Counted from the stretch's first letter, positions 9,148 through 17,748 are shown. The stretch: DNA of 64,000 bases from Candidatus Daviesbacteria bacterium (GCA_028715175.1 JAQUSJ010000001.1:546386-610385), one strand, 5' to 3'. Made by a program: numbers and translations. The notes: generated by a model not told the origin, from the letters alone.

Positions 9148-10789
9148 CAATAATTTAAATGACAATGATATGGATAATCTAGCTTTGGCTTACTGCCGGA
9201 AGTCAGAAGAAGATAAAAAGAGACAGATACTATCCCTTGATGATCAAGTTGAAGAATGTAATAAGCTAGTTGACGATCACAGTCTCACTTTAGCAACTCC
9301 TCATTTTAAAGAAGAGAAATCAGCAAAAAAAGCAGGCATGAGAATTGAGTTTTACAGAATGCTTAGCCTGCTTAAAAGCGGTAAGGCTAAGGTAATAGTC
9401 TGCTGGAATGCTAACCGTCTAGCCAGAAATATGATAGATGGTAGTGAAATAATTGATTTAGTCCAGCATAAAGAGCTTAGGATTATTACACCATACACGC
9501 AGTATGATTACTCCAACTGGTTCATGCTTCTAATAGAATTCGGAATGTCTACAGACTTCAGCTTGAAGCTCTCTAAAGACGTCAAAAGGGGCTTAGAATC
9601 AAAAGTAGCTAAAGGAATAAGGCCAGGCTTAACGCCACTTGGATATTTGAATGTAGGAGAAATTAAGGGTGAAAAAAGTATTGAGGTAGACCCTCAGAGA
9701 TATGAATTATGTGCTAGATGGTGGGGAATGATGTTAACCGGTAAATATACTGTTGAGCAGTCTTTACAGGAAATAACAGTAATGGGTTTGCGGGATAGGA
9801 GAGGAGATAAAATCTCCAGAACTGCTGCTTTTAAAATTTTCCATAATATCTTTTATGCAGGGTACTTTAACTATTTAGGTCAAATCCATAAAGGAATCCA
9901 AAAGCCAATGATTACACTTGATGAGTTCAATAAGGTTCAGGACATCATTACTGGTAAATTTGGTGGTAGATATAAACATGAAACCGAAAGGAAATCTCTT
10001 CCTCTATCTGGATTTATAAAATGTTCTGAATGCGGAGCTACTATCACCTGTGAGCGAAAAACCAAGCATTACAAAAACGGTACAACCCAGGAATTTAGCT
10101 GGTACAGATGCAAGAAAAACAAAAATCACCCTTGTAGCCAACTGTATATGCCTTCAGAAGAGTTGGAAAAACAAGTAGGAGCGTATATAAACAATCTGGA
10201 ACTTGATCCAAGATTTATTGGTTGGGTTAAGACTGTTTTAAGAAGAAGGAATCAAGACGAGTTTGAATTTGACCGCAAACAAAGGGAATTACTGATGAAA
10301 AAACTTCAAGAGCTAAGCAGTAGGAAAGAGATAATCTTCGGGATGAAAATTGACGGACTTTACCAAGACGCAGAATACAAACAAAAAGTTGCAGAAGTTT
10401 TAAGGGAAGAAGCAGATATTAAGGAAAAACTCAATTCCAATAGAATATCTTATTGGGAAGGGGTTATTGACCAAACTTTAGATTTTGCTCAAACTGTATT
10501 TGAATTATTCAATAATAAAGATCCTTATGTCAAACGGTTAGTACTTCAAATTCTTGGGTCGGACCTAAAAATAAGGGACAAATATCTTTATCTTGAAGCT
10601 AAATCTGTATTTATCTTCTTAAGAAACAAACAAAACACCCTTTTTGAAAAACACGGAATAGTCGGACTCAAAGATGGGCTGCTACGACAACCTAAACAGG
10701 ATAATTATATCCTTCCAATTCCTCTTGGAGCGGGTGAGGGGAGTCGAACCCCTTACGTCCACTTTGGAAAAGTGGCATTCTACCGGTGA
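9119..10789 (+). CDS. Large serine recombinase (resolvase/invertase N-terminal domain + recombinase domain + zinc ribbon)
   Basis: N-terminal LAYCRKSEEDKKRQILSLDDQ...AKVIVCWNANRLARN resembles the catalytic-Ser resolvase domain. The C-terminal region has CSECGATITC...YRCKK zinc ribbon and coiled-coil. Its last ~21 codons read through the tRNA-Gly gene on the opposite strand. Confidence 0.85.
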   Translation: MERWYKVMSSNNLNDNDMDNLALAYCRKSEEDKKRQILSLDDQVEECNKLVDDHSLTLATPHFKEEKSAKKAGMRIEFYRMLSLLKSGKAKVIVCWNANRLARNMIDGSEIIDLVQHKELRIITPYTQYDYSNWFMLLIEFGMSTDFSLKLSKDVKRGLESKVAKGIRPGLTPLGYLNVGEIKGEKSIEVDPQRYELCARWWGMMLTGKYTVEQSLQEITVMGLRDRRGDKISRTAAFKIFHNIFYAGYFNYLGQIHKGIQKPMITLDEFNKVQDIITGKFGGRYKHETERKSLPLSGFIKCSECGATITCERKTKHYKNGTTQEFSWYRCKKNKNHPCSQLYMPSEELEKQVGAYINNLELDPRFIGWVKTVLRRRNQDEFEFDRKQRELLMKKLQELSSRKEIIFGMKIDGLYQDAEYKQKVAEVLREEADIKEKLNSNRISYWEGVIDQTLDFAQTVFELFNNKDPYVKRLVLQILGSDLKIRDKYLYLEAKSVFIFLRNKQNTLFEKHGIVGLKDGLLRQPKQDNYILPIPLGAGEGSRTPYVHFGKVAFYR

Positions 10790-10800
10790 ATTACACCCGC
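10726..10800 (-). tRNA. tRNA-Gly (anticodon UCC)
   Basis: Reverse complement GCGGGTG TA ATTC ACCGGTA GAAT G CCACT TTTCCAA AGTGG ACGTA AGGGG TTCGACT CCCCT CACCCGC T CCA. Clean cloverleaf; CCA encoded. Confidence 0.8.
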
Positions 10801-10856
10801 GAAGTAAATTATATTGTACTCAAAAATGCTCTCTTTTTTCAAGAAAATAATGGATA

Positions 10857-11594
10857 TCAGTAAATTTCGTAGCTTAGGGTAACTATTACTTTAATCTCGG
10901 AAGACCCTGGTTCCACTGCTGTTTTTAAGTTTACACTTTCAGCCGGTGCCCCAACCGCCATCCGCAACGGCTGAGGGCTTAAGTCAAAGTTTTCCGAGTA
11001 ATTAACTATTCTGCCCAACCTGAATCCGGCAATTCTAGCAGCACTTTCAGCTTTCTTTTTGGCCGCAGCCACTGCTTTTTGTCTGGCTTCATCTTCTAAT
11101 TTGCTTTTATCATCTACATCAAAACTGATTCCTCCTATTTGATTTGCTCCGTTTCCTGTAGCCGAATCTATCACTTGATTAACATTATCAATACTGCGGA
11201 CTTTTATTGACAAATTAGTTGAAGCCGAGTAACCGGTAATGCGTTGTGAGCCACTCGAATAGTCATAAGTAGGATTAATGTTGTAGCTTGCTGTCTGAAT
11301 ATCTTTTTGTTCAACACCAGATTTTTTAATGGCAGCTGCCACATTATTGATAGTGGAATTGATCTGGTCTTGCGCGACTTTGACTGTATTGGCCTCCGCT
11401 TGAATACCGACAACCAGAATTGCCATATCCGGTTTTGCAACTGCAACACCTTCACCCGAAACATTAAAAGTATCTGTTTTAGTTGTGTTTACACTATTTA
11501 CTGAAAAGGGGATTGGCCCAAAAACTTTAGTGTAAATGAGTAAAAGCACAAAAAATGCCAGAATGGAAATGATAAAAGTGGCAAGACTTCTCAT
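10857..11594 (-). CDS. SIMPL-domain (DUF541) periplasmic/membrane-anchored protein
   Basis: Signal/TM N-terminus, then GVAVAKPDMAILVVGIQAEANTV...INPTYDY, characteristic of the SIMPL/26-kDa periplasmic immunogenic protein family. Confidence 0.65.
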   Translation of the reverse strand: MRSLATFIISILAFFVLLLIYTKVFGPIPFSVNSVNTTKTDTFNVSGEGVAVAKPDMAILVVGIQAEANTVKVAQDQINSTINNVAAAIKKSGVEQKDIQTASYNINPTYDYSSGSQRITGYSASTNLSIKVRSIDNVNQVIDSATGNGANQIGGISFDVDDKSKLEDEARQKAVAAAKKKAESAARIAGFRLGRIVNYSENFDLSPQPLRMAVGAPAESVNLKTAVEPGSSEIKVIVTLSYEIY

Positions 11595-11623
11595 ACAGTA
11601 GTATTATAACATCTAAATCTATA

Positions 11624-12733
11624 ATGATAAAAACCAATTTTGTCCGTTTTCTTTATCAAAACTTGTTAAAACCAGTCTTTTTCAAGATAGACCCGGAATC
11701 AATCCATGATTTTATGACCTGGGTTGGCATGCTCCTGGGTAAAAGCAAAATCACAAAAAGCATTACCGCCTTTTTTCTTACTTATTCCCATCCCTCTCTG
11801 GAGCAGAAAATTTTAGGGATAAAATTTAATAACCCTGTCGGGTTGGCTGCAGGATTTGATAAAAATGCCAGGCTCACACAAATTTTACCCTCGGTTGGAT
11901 TTGGCTTTACCGAAATCGGCACAATCACAGGTGAGCCTTGTTCCGGCAATCCCAAACCCCGCCTTTGGCGGTTAAAGGAGTCTAAAAGTTTGCTGGTCTA
12001 TTACGGCCTTAAAAATGACGGTTGTGAAACGATTTCAAACAGGCTGGAAAAAGAAAAATTTACCATTCCCGTTATTACCAGTATTGGAAAAACTAATTGT
12101 CAAGAAACTGTTGATAGAGAAGCCGGGATTAAAGATTATGTTAAAGCTTACAAACGCTTTACTGACATCGGACATTTTTTTGATATAAACTTAAGTTGTC
12201 CCAATGCCTTTGGCGGCCAACCATTTTCTGATCCCCAAAGTCTAGATCAACTATTAGAGGAGATAGATAAAATTGCCACCCAAAAACCCGTTTTTCTAAA
12301 AGTTTCTCCTGATTTGACTGATCAACAAATTGATGAAATCTTAAGTGTAGTCTCAAAACATAAAGTCGCAGGATTTATTTGTACTAACTTAACTAAAGAT
12401 TTCCAAAAAGCAAAAGCAAAAATCTCTGACAAAAAGTTTCCGGAAAAAGGCGGGATCAGCGGCAAAGTGGTGGAGGATTTAGCAAATGATTTAATACAAA
12501 AAATTTATCTAAAAACTAAAGGGGAATATATCATTATTGGCTGTGGGGGAGTTTTTTCTGCAGAAGACGCCTATAAAAAGATTAAACTCGGGGCTTCGCT
12601 TGTAGAGCTGATAACAGGAATGATTTTTGAAGGTCCCCAACTAATTTCCGAAATCAACCAGGGATTGGTGAAACTTTTGCAAAAAGACGGCTACAAAAAT
12701 ATCTCAGAGGCAGTTGGTGCTAATAACCCTTAG
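11624..12733 (+). CDS. pyrD: Dihydroorotate dehydrogenase (quinone), class 2
   Basis: GIKFNNPVGLAAGFDKNARL...GFGFTEIGTITGEPCSGNPKPRLWRL...NDG...SIGK...INLSCPN...GG match PyrD motifs. Confidence 0.8.
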   Translation: MIKTNFVRFLYQNLLKPVFFKIDPESIHDFMTWVGMLLGKSKITKSITAFFLTYSHPSLEQKILGIKFNNPVGLAAGFDKNARLTQILPSVGFGFTEIGTITGEPCSGNPKPRLWRLKESKSLLVYYGLKNDGCETISNRLEKEKFTIPVITSIGKTNCQETVDREAGIKDYVKAYKRFTDIGHFFDINLSCPNAFGGQPFSDPQSLDQLLEEIDKIATQKPVFLKVSPDLTDQQIDEILSVVSKHKVAGFICTNLTKDFQKAKAKISDKKFPEKGGISGKVVEDLANDLIQKIYLKTKGEYIIIGCGGVFSAEDAYKKIKLGASLVELITGMIFEGPQLISEINQGLVKLLQKDGYKNISEAVGANNP

Positions 12734-12814
12734 GTCGAATCGTTAGATCCGCCTCCGCTTCGCTTCGGCCAGGTCTTCTACTTTCGGCCGAAACTCTAAA
12801 ATTGTCGAATGATA

Positions 12815-12835
12815 ACTATAGTATGTAGAACTACA
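12815..12835. promoter_or_regulatory. Candidate C-box-like operator (palindromes ACTATAGT and TGTAG-AA-CTACA) overlapping the -35 position upstream of the C-protein gene; -10 TATAAT at 12849..12854
   Basis: Palindromes read directly from the sequence. The -10 sits 12 nt upstream of ATG 12866. Controller proteins of R-M systems bind inverted repeats at this position. Confidence 0.35.
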
Positions 12836-12865
12836 ATTAGCAAATACGTATAATTCATTCGTTAT

Positions 12866-13081
12866 ATGAAGAAAGATATCCTGATTAGATTTGGTAAAAA
12901 GATTCGTGAAGAACGGAAGAAGCTAGGTTTGTCGCAAGAAGAATTTGCTGATAGGGCAAGTGTTCATAGAACATATATAGGAATGGTCGAGCGTGGAGAG
13001 AAAAATATCACCCTTGAAAGCATCGAAAAAGTGATTAAAGCGCTCAACCTGAAATTATCGGACTTTTTCAGAGACTTTTAA
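12866..13081 (+). CDS. XRE-family HTH regulator, likely controller (C) protein of the adjacent R-M system
   Basis: LGLSQEEFADRASVHRTYIGMVERGEKNITLESIEKV; 71 aa. Its stop is 1 nt before the next gene, a C-R-M operon layout. Confidence 0.7.
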   Translation: MKKDILIRFGKKIREERKKLGLSQEEFADRASVHRTYIGMVERGEKNITLESIEKVIKALNLKLSDFFRDF

Positions 13082-13082
13082 T

Positions 13083-13913
13083 ATGACATCCTTTGATCAG
13101 TTTTTAAGTAAGTTGGAACAAAGTTTTAAAGGCAAGAACCCGATTATTTGCAGCGTATTAGCTAACGTTTTCTCTATGCGGATCATTGGCAACAAAACGC
13201 ATGGAGATCTTGCCGAAATTGCCCTTACTGAATACATCAATCAATTCGTTGACGGTTTTTCTGCACGTCATACCGGCAAGGAAAAATTTAGAGCAAAAGA
13301 ATTTGAGGAAGACATTAGAGTTAAAGATCTTAAGACGAAATCAGAAATTCCTGTGAGCATAAAAACTTATGGTGCTGGTCCATTGCAATTATCTACAAAT
13401 AAAGACGGTTCTATGTTTGCACTACTACAAAAGATTGTGAACGATCAAAACATTAGCGACATAGGTAAAATCAGAAAAATTTTGAATGGACGCTGTTTTG
13501 CAGATTTCAGCGCAGTAAATGTTCTTCCACTCATTTATAACGAGAGGCAAATGAATTTCAAAATTGTGGTGTTTAACTTAATTCATGCTTATCAATCTGT
13601 TAGACAAATCAAATTTTTCCCGCCAAGAAGATTGGGATCTAAACAAACATTCCCTATATATAAATTCTATACTGGAAAGGGGCAATACATTTTTGAAGTA
13701 AGATACGGTGGAGTAAGTGCTAATGCACTACAAAGAGGTATGTGGACACACACGGAAAATGCTAATCCCTACTTTAGGGAACTGCTTGCAGGCTCATATA
13801 GAATCAATGAGCCATTAATCAATTTAATTTCAAAGATCCTTGTTTCTCCAAAAGAGAAGCACGAAGAAATATTGAAGCTATTCCCGAAATCTAAAGAAAA
13901 ATCTGTAATATAA
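13083..13913 (+). CDS. Putative Type II restriction endonuclease
   Basis: 276-aa orphan ORF lying between the C-protein and methyltransferase genes in an operon. No conserved domain recognised; the call rests on position only. Confidence 0.45.
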   Translation: MTSFDQFLSKLEQSFKGKNPIICSVLANVFSMRIIGNKTHGDLAEIALTEYINQFVDGFSARHTGKEKFRAKEFEEDIRVKDLKTKSEIPVSIKTYGAGPLQLSTNKDGSMFALLQKIVNDQNISDIGKIRKILNGRCFADFSAVNVLPLIYNERQMNFKIVVFNLIHAYQSVRQIKFFPPRRLGSKQTFPIYKFYTGKGQYIFEVRYGGVSANALQRGMWTHTENANPYFRELLAGSYRINEPLINLISKILVSPKEKHEEILKLFPKSKEKSVI

Positions 13914-13967
13914 CTCTCGATATATATAATACCCGGTTTCTGCTAAAATAATAACGAGGATATTGAC

Positions 13968-15161
13968 ATGCAAACTCAGGGTATTAAATATACAGGATCA
14001 AAAAGAGAAATAATACCTACTCTACTTAAATTAGTAGCTTCGTTAAATGTTAGAACCATTTTTGATGGATTCTCTGGTACCACAAGAGTTTCGCAAGCTT
14101 TCAAAAATGCCGGTTATACTGTATACGCAAATGATATTGCCATATGGTCTAAAGTTTTTGGGCAGTGCTATCTCCTGAATAGAAAATCCGCCTCTTATTA
14201 TCTACCATTGATTGACCATCTAAATAAAATTCCGGGTAAACCAGGCTGGTTTTCAGAACACTATGGCGGAGAAGCAAATGGTGGTAGTGCCGTAAATAAA
14301 GACGGAAGAAAAAGAATGTGGCAATTACACAATACTATGAAGCTTGATGCTATACGAGAGGAAATCGATAAAATTGCTAATGACGAAATTGAAAAATCAG
14401 TACTTCTCACTAGTCTAATTTTAGCGATGGATAAAGTTGATAGTTCTGTTGGTCACCACGTTTCTTATCTAAAACAATGGGCTTCTCGTGCTTACAATTT
14501 AATGAAAATGGAGATTCCAAGATTAATAATCGATGATAAAAATCACAAGGTTTTCAATGATGATATTTTTGATTTACTTGATCAAGTAGAAGTTGATTTG
14601 GCTTATTATGATCCACCATACGGTTCATCTAATGAACTCATGCCCCCATCGCGTGTGCGATACGCTTCTTACTACCATATTTGGAAAACTGTTTGTATTA
14701 ACGATAAACCAAAAGTTGTAGGTGTTGCCAATCGACGCGAAGATGTAAGCGATGTGATTGCCGGATCCGTTTTTGAGGAGTTTAGGAAAAACGAAGACGG
14801 TAGATATATTGTTATAAACGCTCTTAAGAAACTAATAGAAAAGACGAAAGCAAAATATATTGTTTTGTCATATAGCAATAATGGAAGAGCAACGCTTGAT
14901 GCAATTCTTGAAATTTTACAAGAACTTAACATACCATGTTCTATTTTTGAAATGGATTATAAGAAAAACGTTATGGCAACAATGACGTGGACAAATGAAT
15001 GGCTTAACGGAGGAAATGCGCATAATCTACAAAATAAAGAATTTCTTTTCCTGATACAAAAGGGTGGAGTTGCTAAGACGGTAGGAGAAATTAAGATTGA
15101 AAAAATTAACTTGCGAGAAATAATAGATAAGAATCAACAGAAATTACCCTATTTTAATTAG
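13968..15161 (+). CDS. DNA methyltransferase (N6-adenine or N4-cytosine; DPPY motif)
   Basis: Motif I FDGFSGTTRV (FxGxG) and motif IV LAYYDPPYGSS; 397 aa. Confidence 0.8.
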   Translation: MQTQGIKYTGSKREIIPTLLKLVASLNVRTIFDGFSGTTRVSQAFKNAGYTVYANDIAIWSKVFGQCYLLNRKSASYYLPLIDHLNKIPGKPGWFSEHYGGEANGGSAVNKDGRKRMWQLHNTMKLDAIREEIDKIANDEIEKSVLLTSLILAMDKVDSSVGHHVSYLKQWASRAYNLMKMEIPRLIIDDKNHKVFNDDIFDLLDQVEVDLAYYDPPYGSSNELMPPSRVRYASYYHIWKTVCINDKPKVVGVANRREDVSDVIAGSVFEEFRKNEDGRYIVINALKKLIEKTKAKYIVLSYSNNGRATLDAILEILQELNIPCSIFEMDYKKNVMATMTWTNEWLNGGNAHNLQNKEFLFLIQKGGVAKTVGEIKIEKINLREIIDKNQQKLPYFN

Positions 15162-15261
15162 GAAATTAATCATTTGCTGCATTTTTTGACTAAATAATCT
15201 TTATTCAACCGCCCCCATCCGCGCAGAACCAATCCAAGCTCAATTCTGCGGATTCACTTTC

Positions 15262-15335
15262 GGTCGGGGTGGAGAGAATTGAACTCTCTACATCTGCGTC
15301 CCAAACGCAGCGGTCTACCGATGACCTACACCCCG
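15262..15335 (-). tRNA. tRNA-Pro (anticodon UGG)
   Basis: Reverse complement CGGGGTG TA GGTC ATCGGTA GACC G CTGCG TTTGGGA CGCAG ATGTA GAGAG TTCAATT CTCTC CACCCCG A CC. Confidence 0.8.
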
Positions 15336-15422
15336 TGGTGCCCAGGGAGGGACTCGAACCCTCACGTCCTTGCGGACAACAGCTCTTAAGGCTGCACTGT
15401 CTACCAATTCCAGCACCTGGGC
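15336..15422 (-). tRNA. tRNA-Leu (anticodon UAA), long variable arm
   Basis: Reverse complement GCCCAGG TG CTGGAATTGGTAGACAG ... GCAGC CTTAAGA GCTGT TGTCCGCAAGGACGT GAGGG TTCGAGT CCCTC CCTGGGC A CCA. It abuts tRNA-Pro with 0-nt spacing. Confidence 0.8.
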
Positions 15423-15504
15423 TTCTCACTTCGTTCGAAGTAAACTAGAGTATTGTAACAAAAAAGTATTGACATTTGAAAGAACGTGCATTATTCTACT
15501 CCTG

Positions 15505-16173
15505 ATGTCAAACCTCCAGAAAAAAATATTCTTTTTAGCGCTTTTTTCTATCTTAGGCTTTATTGCCCTGCAAATCCCTTTTAATAAAGTTATGGGTTCT
15601 AATGTATCTTTTACCATGTTTGATTTCTTCGGGCCAATGGCAGGAGGATTTTTAGGGCCTGTCTTGGGGATAGCCTCTGTATTTGCCGTAGAAACAGTTA
15701 ATATCTGGATTAAACAAACTCCGCTTACGACAAGCACAATTATCAGGCTTTTCCCGACGCTTTTTGCGGTTTTCTATTTTGCGGTCATTACCAACAAAAA
15801 ATATCAGGGAAGATGGATTTTGGCTGTTCCTGTCCTCTGTATCCTTTTCTTTATAGTACACCCGATTGGTAGACAAGTTCCATATTATCCTTTAATGTTT
15901 TGGTGGATTCCTGTTGCTGCTTATTTTAAAAGAAGCAATCTGTTCCTGAGAAGTTTGGGCGCTACTTTCACAGCCCATGCCGTAGGCAGCACTGCTTTCC
16001 TTTATGCCTTAAATCTGCCGGTGACTGTTTGGCAAAGCTTGCCTCCGATAGTAGTTTGTGAAAGGCTGCTTTTTGCCACAGGAATTACCGTATCTTACTT
16101 GGCAGTAAAATACACGCTTTCATTCCTGGCCTCTAAAAAACTGCTTCCAAAGCTGGAAATAGCTTCCTCCTGA
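15505..16173 (+). CDS. Hypothetical polytopic membrane protein
   Basis: The table ORF begins at 15370 and overlaps tRNA-Leu, so the first non-overlapping ATG (15505, MSNLQKKIFFLALFS...) is used. About 6 predicted TM helices. Confidence 0.5.
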   Translation: MSNLQKKIFFLALFSILGFIALQIPFNKVMGSNVSFTMFDFFGPMAGGFLGPVLGIASVFAVETVNIWIKQTPLTTSTIIRLFPTLFAVFYFAVITNKKYQGRWILAVPVLCILFFIVHPIGRQVPYYPLMFWWIPVAAYFKRSNLFLRSLGATFTAHAVGSTAFLYALNLPVTVWQSLPPIVVCERLLFATGITVSYLAVKYTLSFLASKKLLPKLEIASS

Positions 16174-16260
16174 AAAAATCCTACTAAAAATCCATGCCTT
16201 TCATCACTAAAAAGCACAGATTCTAGCTTTACTTATACTACAAGTTAACCGGGAAAAATT

Positions 16261-16521
16261 TTAACGGTCTTCTCTTGGTCTGGCAATGTTAACAACGATC
16301 TTACGACCATCAACATCTGCACCGTTTAAGTTTTTGACTGCGTTTTGAGCTTCCTCATCGGTTGACATCTCAACGAAACCAAATCCTCTTGACCTTCCTG
16401 TTTCGCGGTCTTTAACAACTTGTGCGCTGATAACATTACCTGCTTGAGCAAAAAGCTCAGCAAGCTTGGCATCATCAACACCCCAAGGCAGGGAACCTAC
16501 GAATAATTTCTTATTGTTCAA
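16261..16521 (-). CDS. RNA-binding protein with an RRM domain
   Basis: RNP-2 LFVGSL and RNP-1 RGFGFVEM; 86 aa; TTG start. Confidence 0.8.
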   Translation of the reverse strand: MNNKKLFVGSLPWGVDDAKLAELFAQAGNVISAQVVKDRETGRSRGFGFVEMSTDEEAQNAVKNLNGADVDGRKIVVNIARPREDR

Positions 16522-16527
16522 AAAAAT

Positions 16528-16565
16528 TCACCTCTCTTTCTTTTTAGATTTTGTGGAGGTGAATT
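16528..16565 (-). promoter_or_regulatory. 5'-UTR hairpin pairing the SD-like GAGGTGA with an upstream anti-SD (10-bp perfect stem aattcacctc/gaggtgaatt, 18-nt loop), followed by a U7 run directly before the RRM gene start
   Basis: Inverted repeat read directly from the sequence; on the mRNA the SD-proximal arm is GAGAGGUGAAUU-UUUUUUU-UUG. Confidence 0.4.
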
Positions 16566-16644
16566 ACTGTAAAAACACTAAATACACTCTACTCACATAA
16601 ATAGTATCACACATCTCCCGCAAAATAGCAAATACCCCAAAATT

Positions 16645-16678
16645 ATCACGCAATAATCGCGCAACTTATCGCGCATTA
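16645..16678. repeat. 34-bp perfect direct repeat, copy A (atcacgcaataatcgcgcaacttatcgcgcatta); contains the Fic stop codon
   Basis: 34/34 identity to 17749..17782; contains the internal tandem half-sites AATCGCGCA / TATCGCGCA. Confidence 0.85.
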
Positions 16679-17736
16679 TGCAGGGCATAGTAGGAACTGG
16701 GACCTTTACCGTTCAATTTAAGAAGACCCTTGCCTGATAAATTCTGCAATTTAAGTTGTGCCGTTCTTTTAGCCACCTTTAAAATATCCACCACATCTTC
16801 CGAAGTAATTCTACCAGTGGTGGTTAAAAAATCCATAATTTGAATCTCATCCCTGTCCAAAAAGATCTGCTCGCTCTTTTTACTAACCTTGCCAAATCCA
16901 ATAGATTGAATTTGTTCCAGTACTTTTCTTGCCTCAATCAAAAATCCGGTGGTAAAATATTCCAGCCACAAGGTAAAATCCATATCCGCTGAGTAGGTTT
17001 TGCCTTGAGATTTGTTTTCAGCGCTGTAATAAGACATTCTATCTCTGTTGTAGTAGTCTTCCAAAACCAGGATTTTCCTGAAATCCCAGCCATCTCTGTA
17101 CAACTGAAGCTGGGTTAAAAGTCTTGCTACCCTGCCATTGCCGTCTGTAAATGGATGGATAGTCACAAATTGCAAGTGCAGGATGCCGGCCCTGATGATT
17201 GGATGAACACCTTCTTTTTTCGATTCCTTAAACCACTTCAGCAAATCATCAACCATTTTTTTCACCTTACCGGCAGGGGGAGCTTTAAATCTGACCATTT
17301 CACGGCCATCACCCAAATCATCCAAAACATACACATCGGCAGGTCTAAATTTACCGGTTTTTTCTTTGTCCACCAAACCGGAAATTACTATCCTGTGCAA
17401 ATGTAAAACTTCCTCAAGCGTAATATCTCCTTTCTTTTTAGCCATTTCATCAAGGAGTTTTAACGCATTATAATAATTTTCTACCTCCAGGATATCTTTT
17501 TGAGAAGCCCTTACGGTTTTTCCCTCCAATACCTTTCCCACTTCAAATTGAGCAAGCTTATTTCCCTCAATGCTGGTTGAGGTATGGGCCATACGGAGTA
17601 TTGCCTGACGACGCAATTGTGCTTCGTTTAGGGGGAGCACCCTTGACCTTTCAACAGCGGCTTTTATTTCAGCAATCTCTGCAATCCGGGAAAGTATGGT
17701 CGAGGTAATATTATATTGAGGTTTTAACATATGCAT
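16666..17736 (-). CDS. Fic-family protein (AMPylation/adenylyltransferase fold) with a C-terminal winged-helix DNA-binding domain
   Basis: Canonical Fic motif HPFTDGNGRVARLL. The table ORF starts at 17781 inside the repeat; the likely native start is M16/M18 (MHMLKPQYNIT...), at 17736 or 17730. Confidence 0.8.
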   Translation of the reverse strand: MHMLKPQYNITSTILSRIAEIAEIKAAVERSRVLPLNEAQLRRQAILRMAHTSTSIEGNKLAQFEVGKVLEGKTVRASQKDILEVENYYNALKLLDEMAKKKGDITLEEVLHLHRIVISGLVDKEKTGKFRPADVYVLDDLGDGREMVRFKAPPAGKVKKMVDDLLKWFKESKKEGVHPIIRAGILHLQFVTIHPFTDGNGRVARLLTQLQLYRDGWDFRKILVLEDYYNRDRMSYYSAENKSQGKTYSADMDFTLWLEYFTTGFLIEARKVLEQIQSIGFGKVSKKSEQIFLDRDEIQIMDFLTTTGRITSEDVVDILKVAKRTAQLKLQNLSGKGLLKLNGKGPSSYYALHNAR

Positions 17737-17748
17737 ATTATACCATAT

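Larger units (their letters stand above)
364..10740. mobile_element. Putative ~10.4-kb integrative element inserted at the 3' end of tRNA-Gly(UCC), bounded by 16-bp direct repeats, with a large serine recombinase at the tRNA-proximal end
   Basis: Direct repeats at 364..379 and 10725..10740. A serine recombinase gene (9119..10789) abuts and overlaps the intact tRNA. An RHH protein lies upstream of the recombinase. Cargo is a helicase-nuclease module, HTH regulators and orphan hypotheticals. Confidence 0.55.

Noticed and set aside
15205-15429. 74-aa minus-strand ORF from the six-frame table
   Set aside because: Lies entirely on top of tRNA-Pro and tRNA-Leu(UAA); translation of structured GC-rich tRNA DNA.
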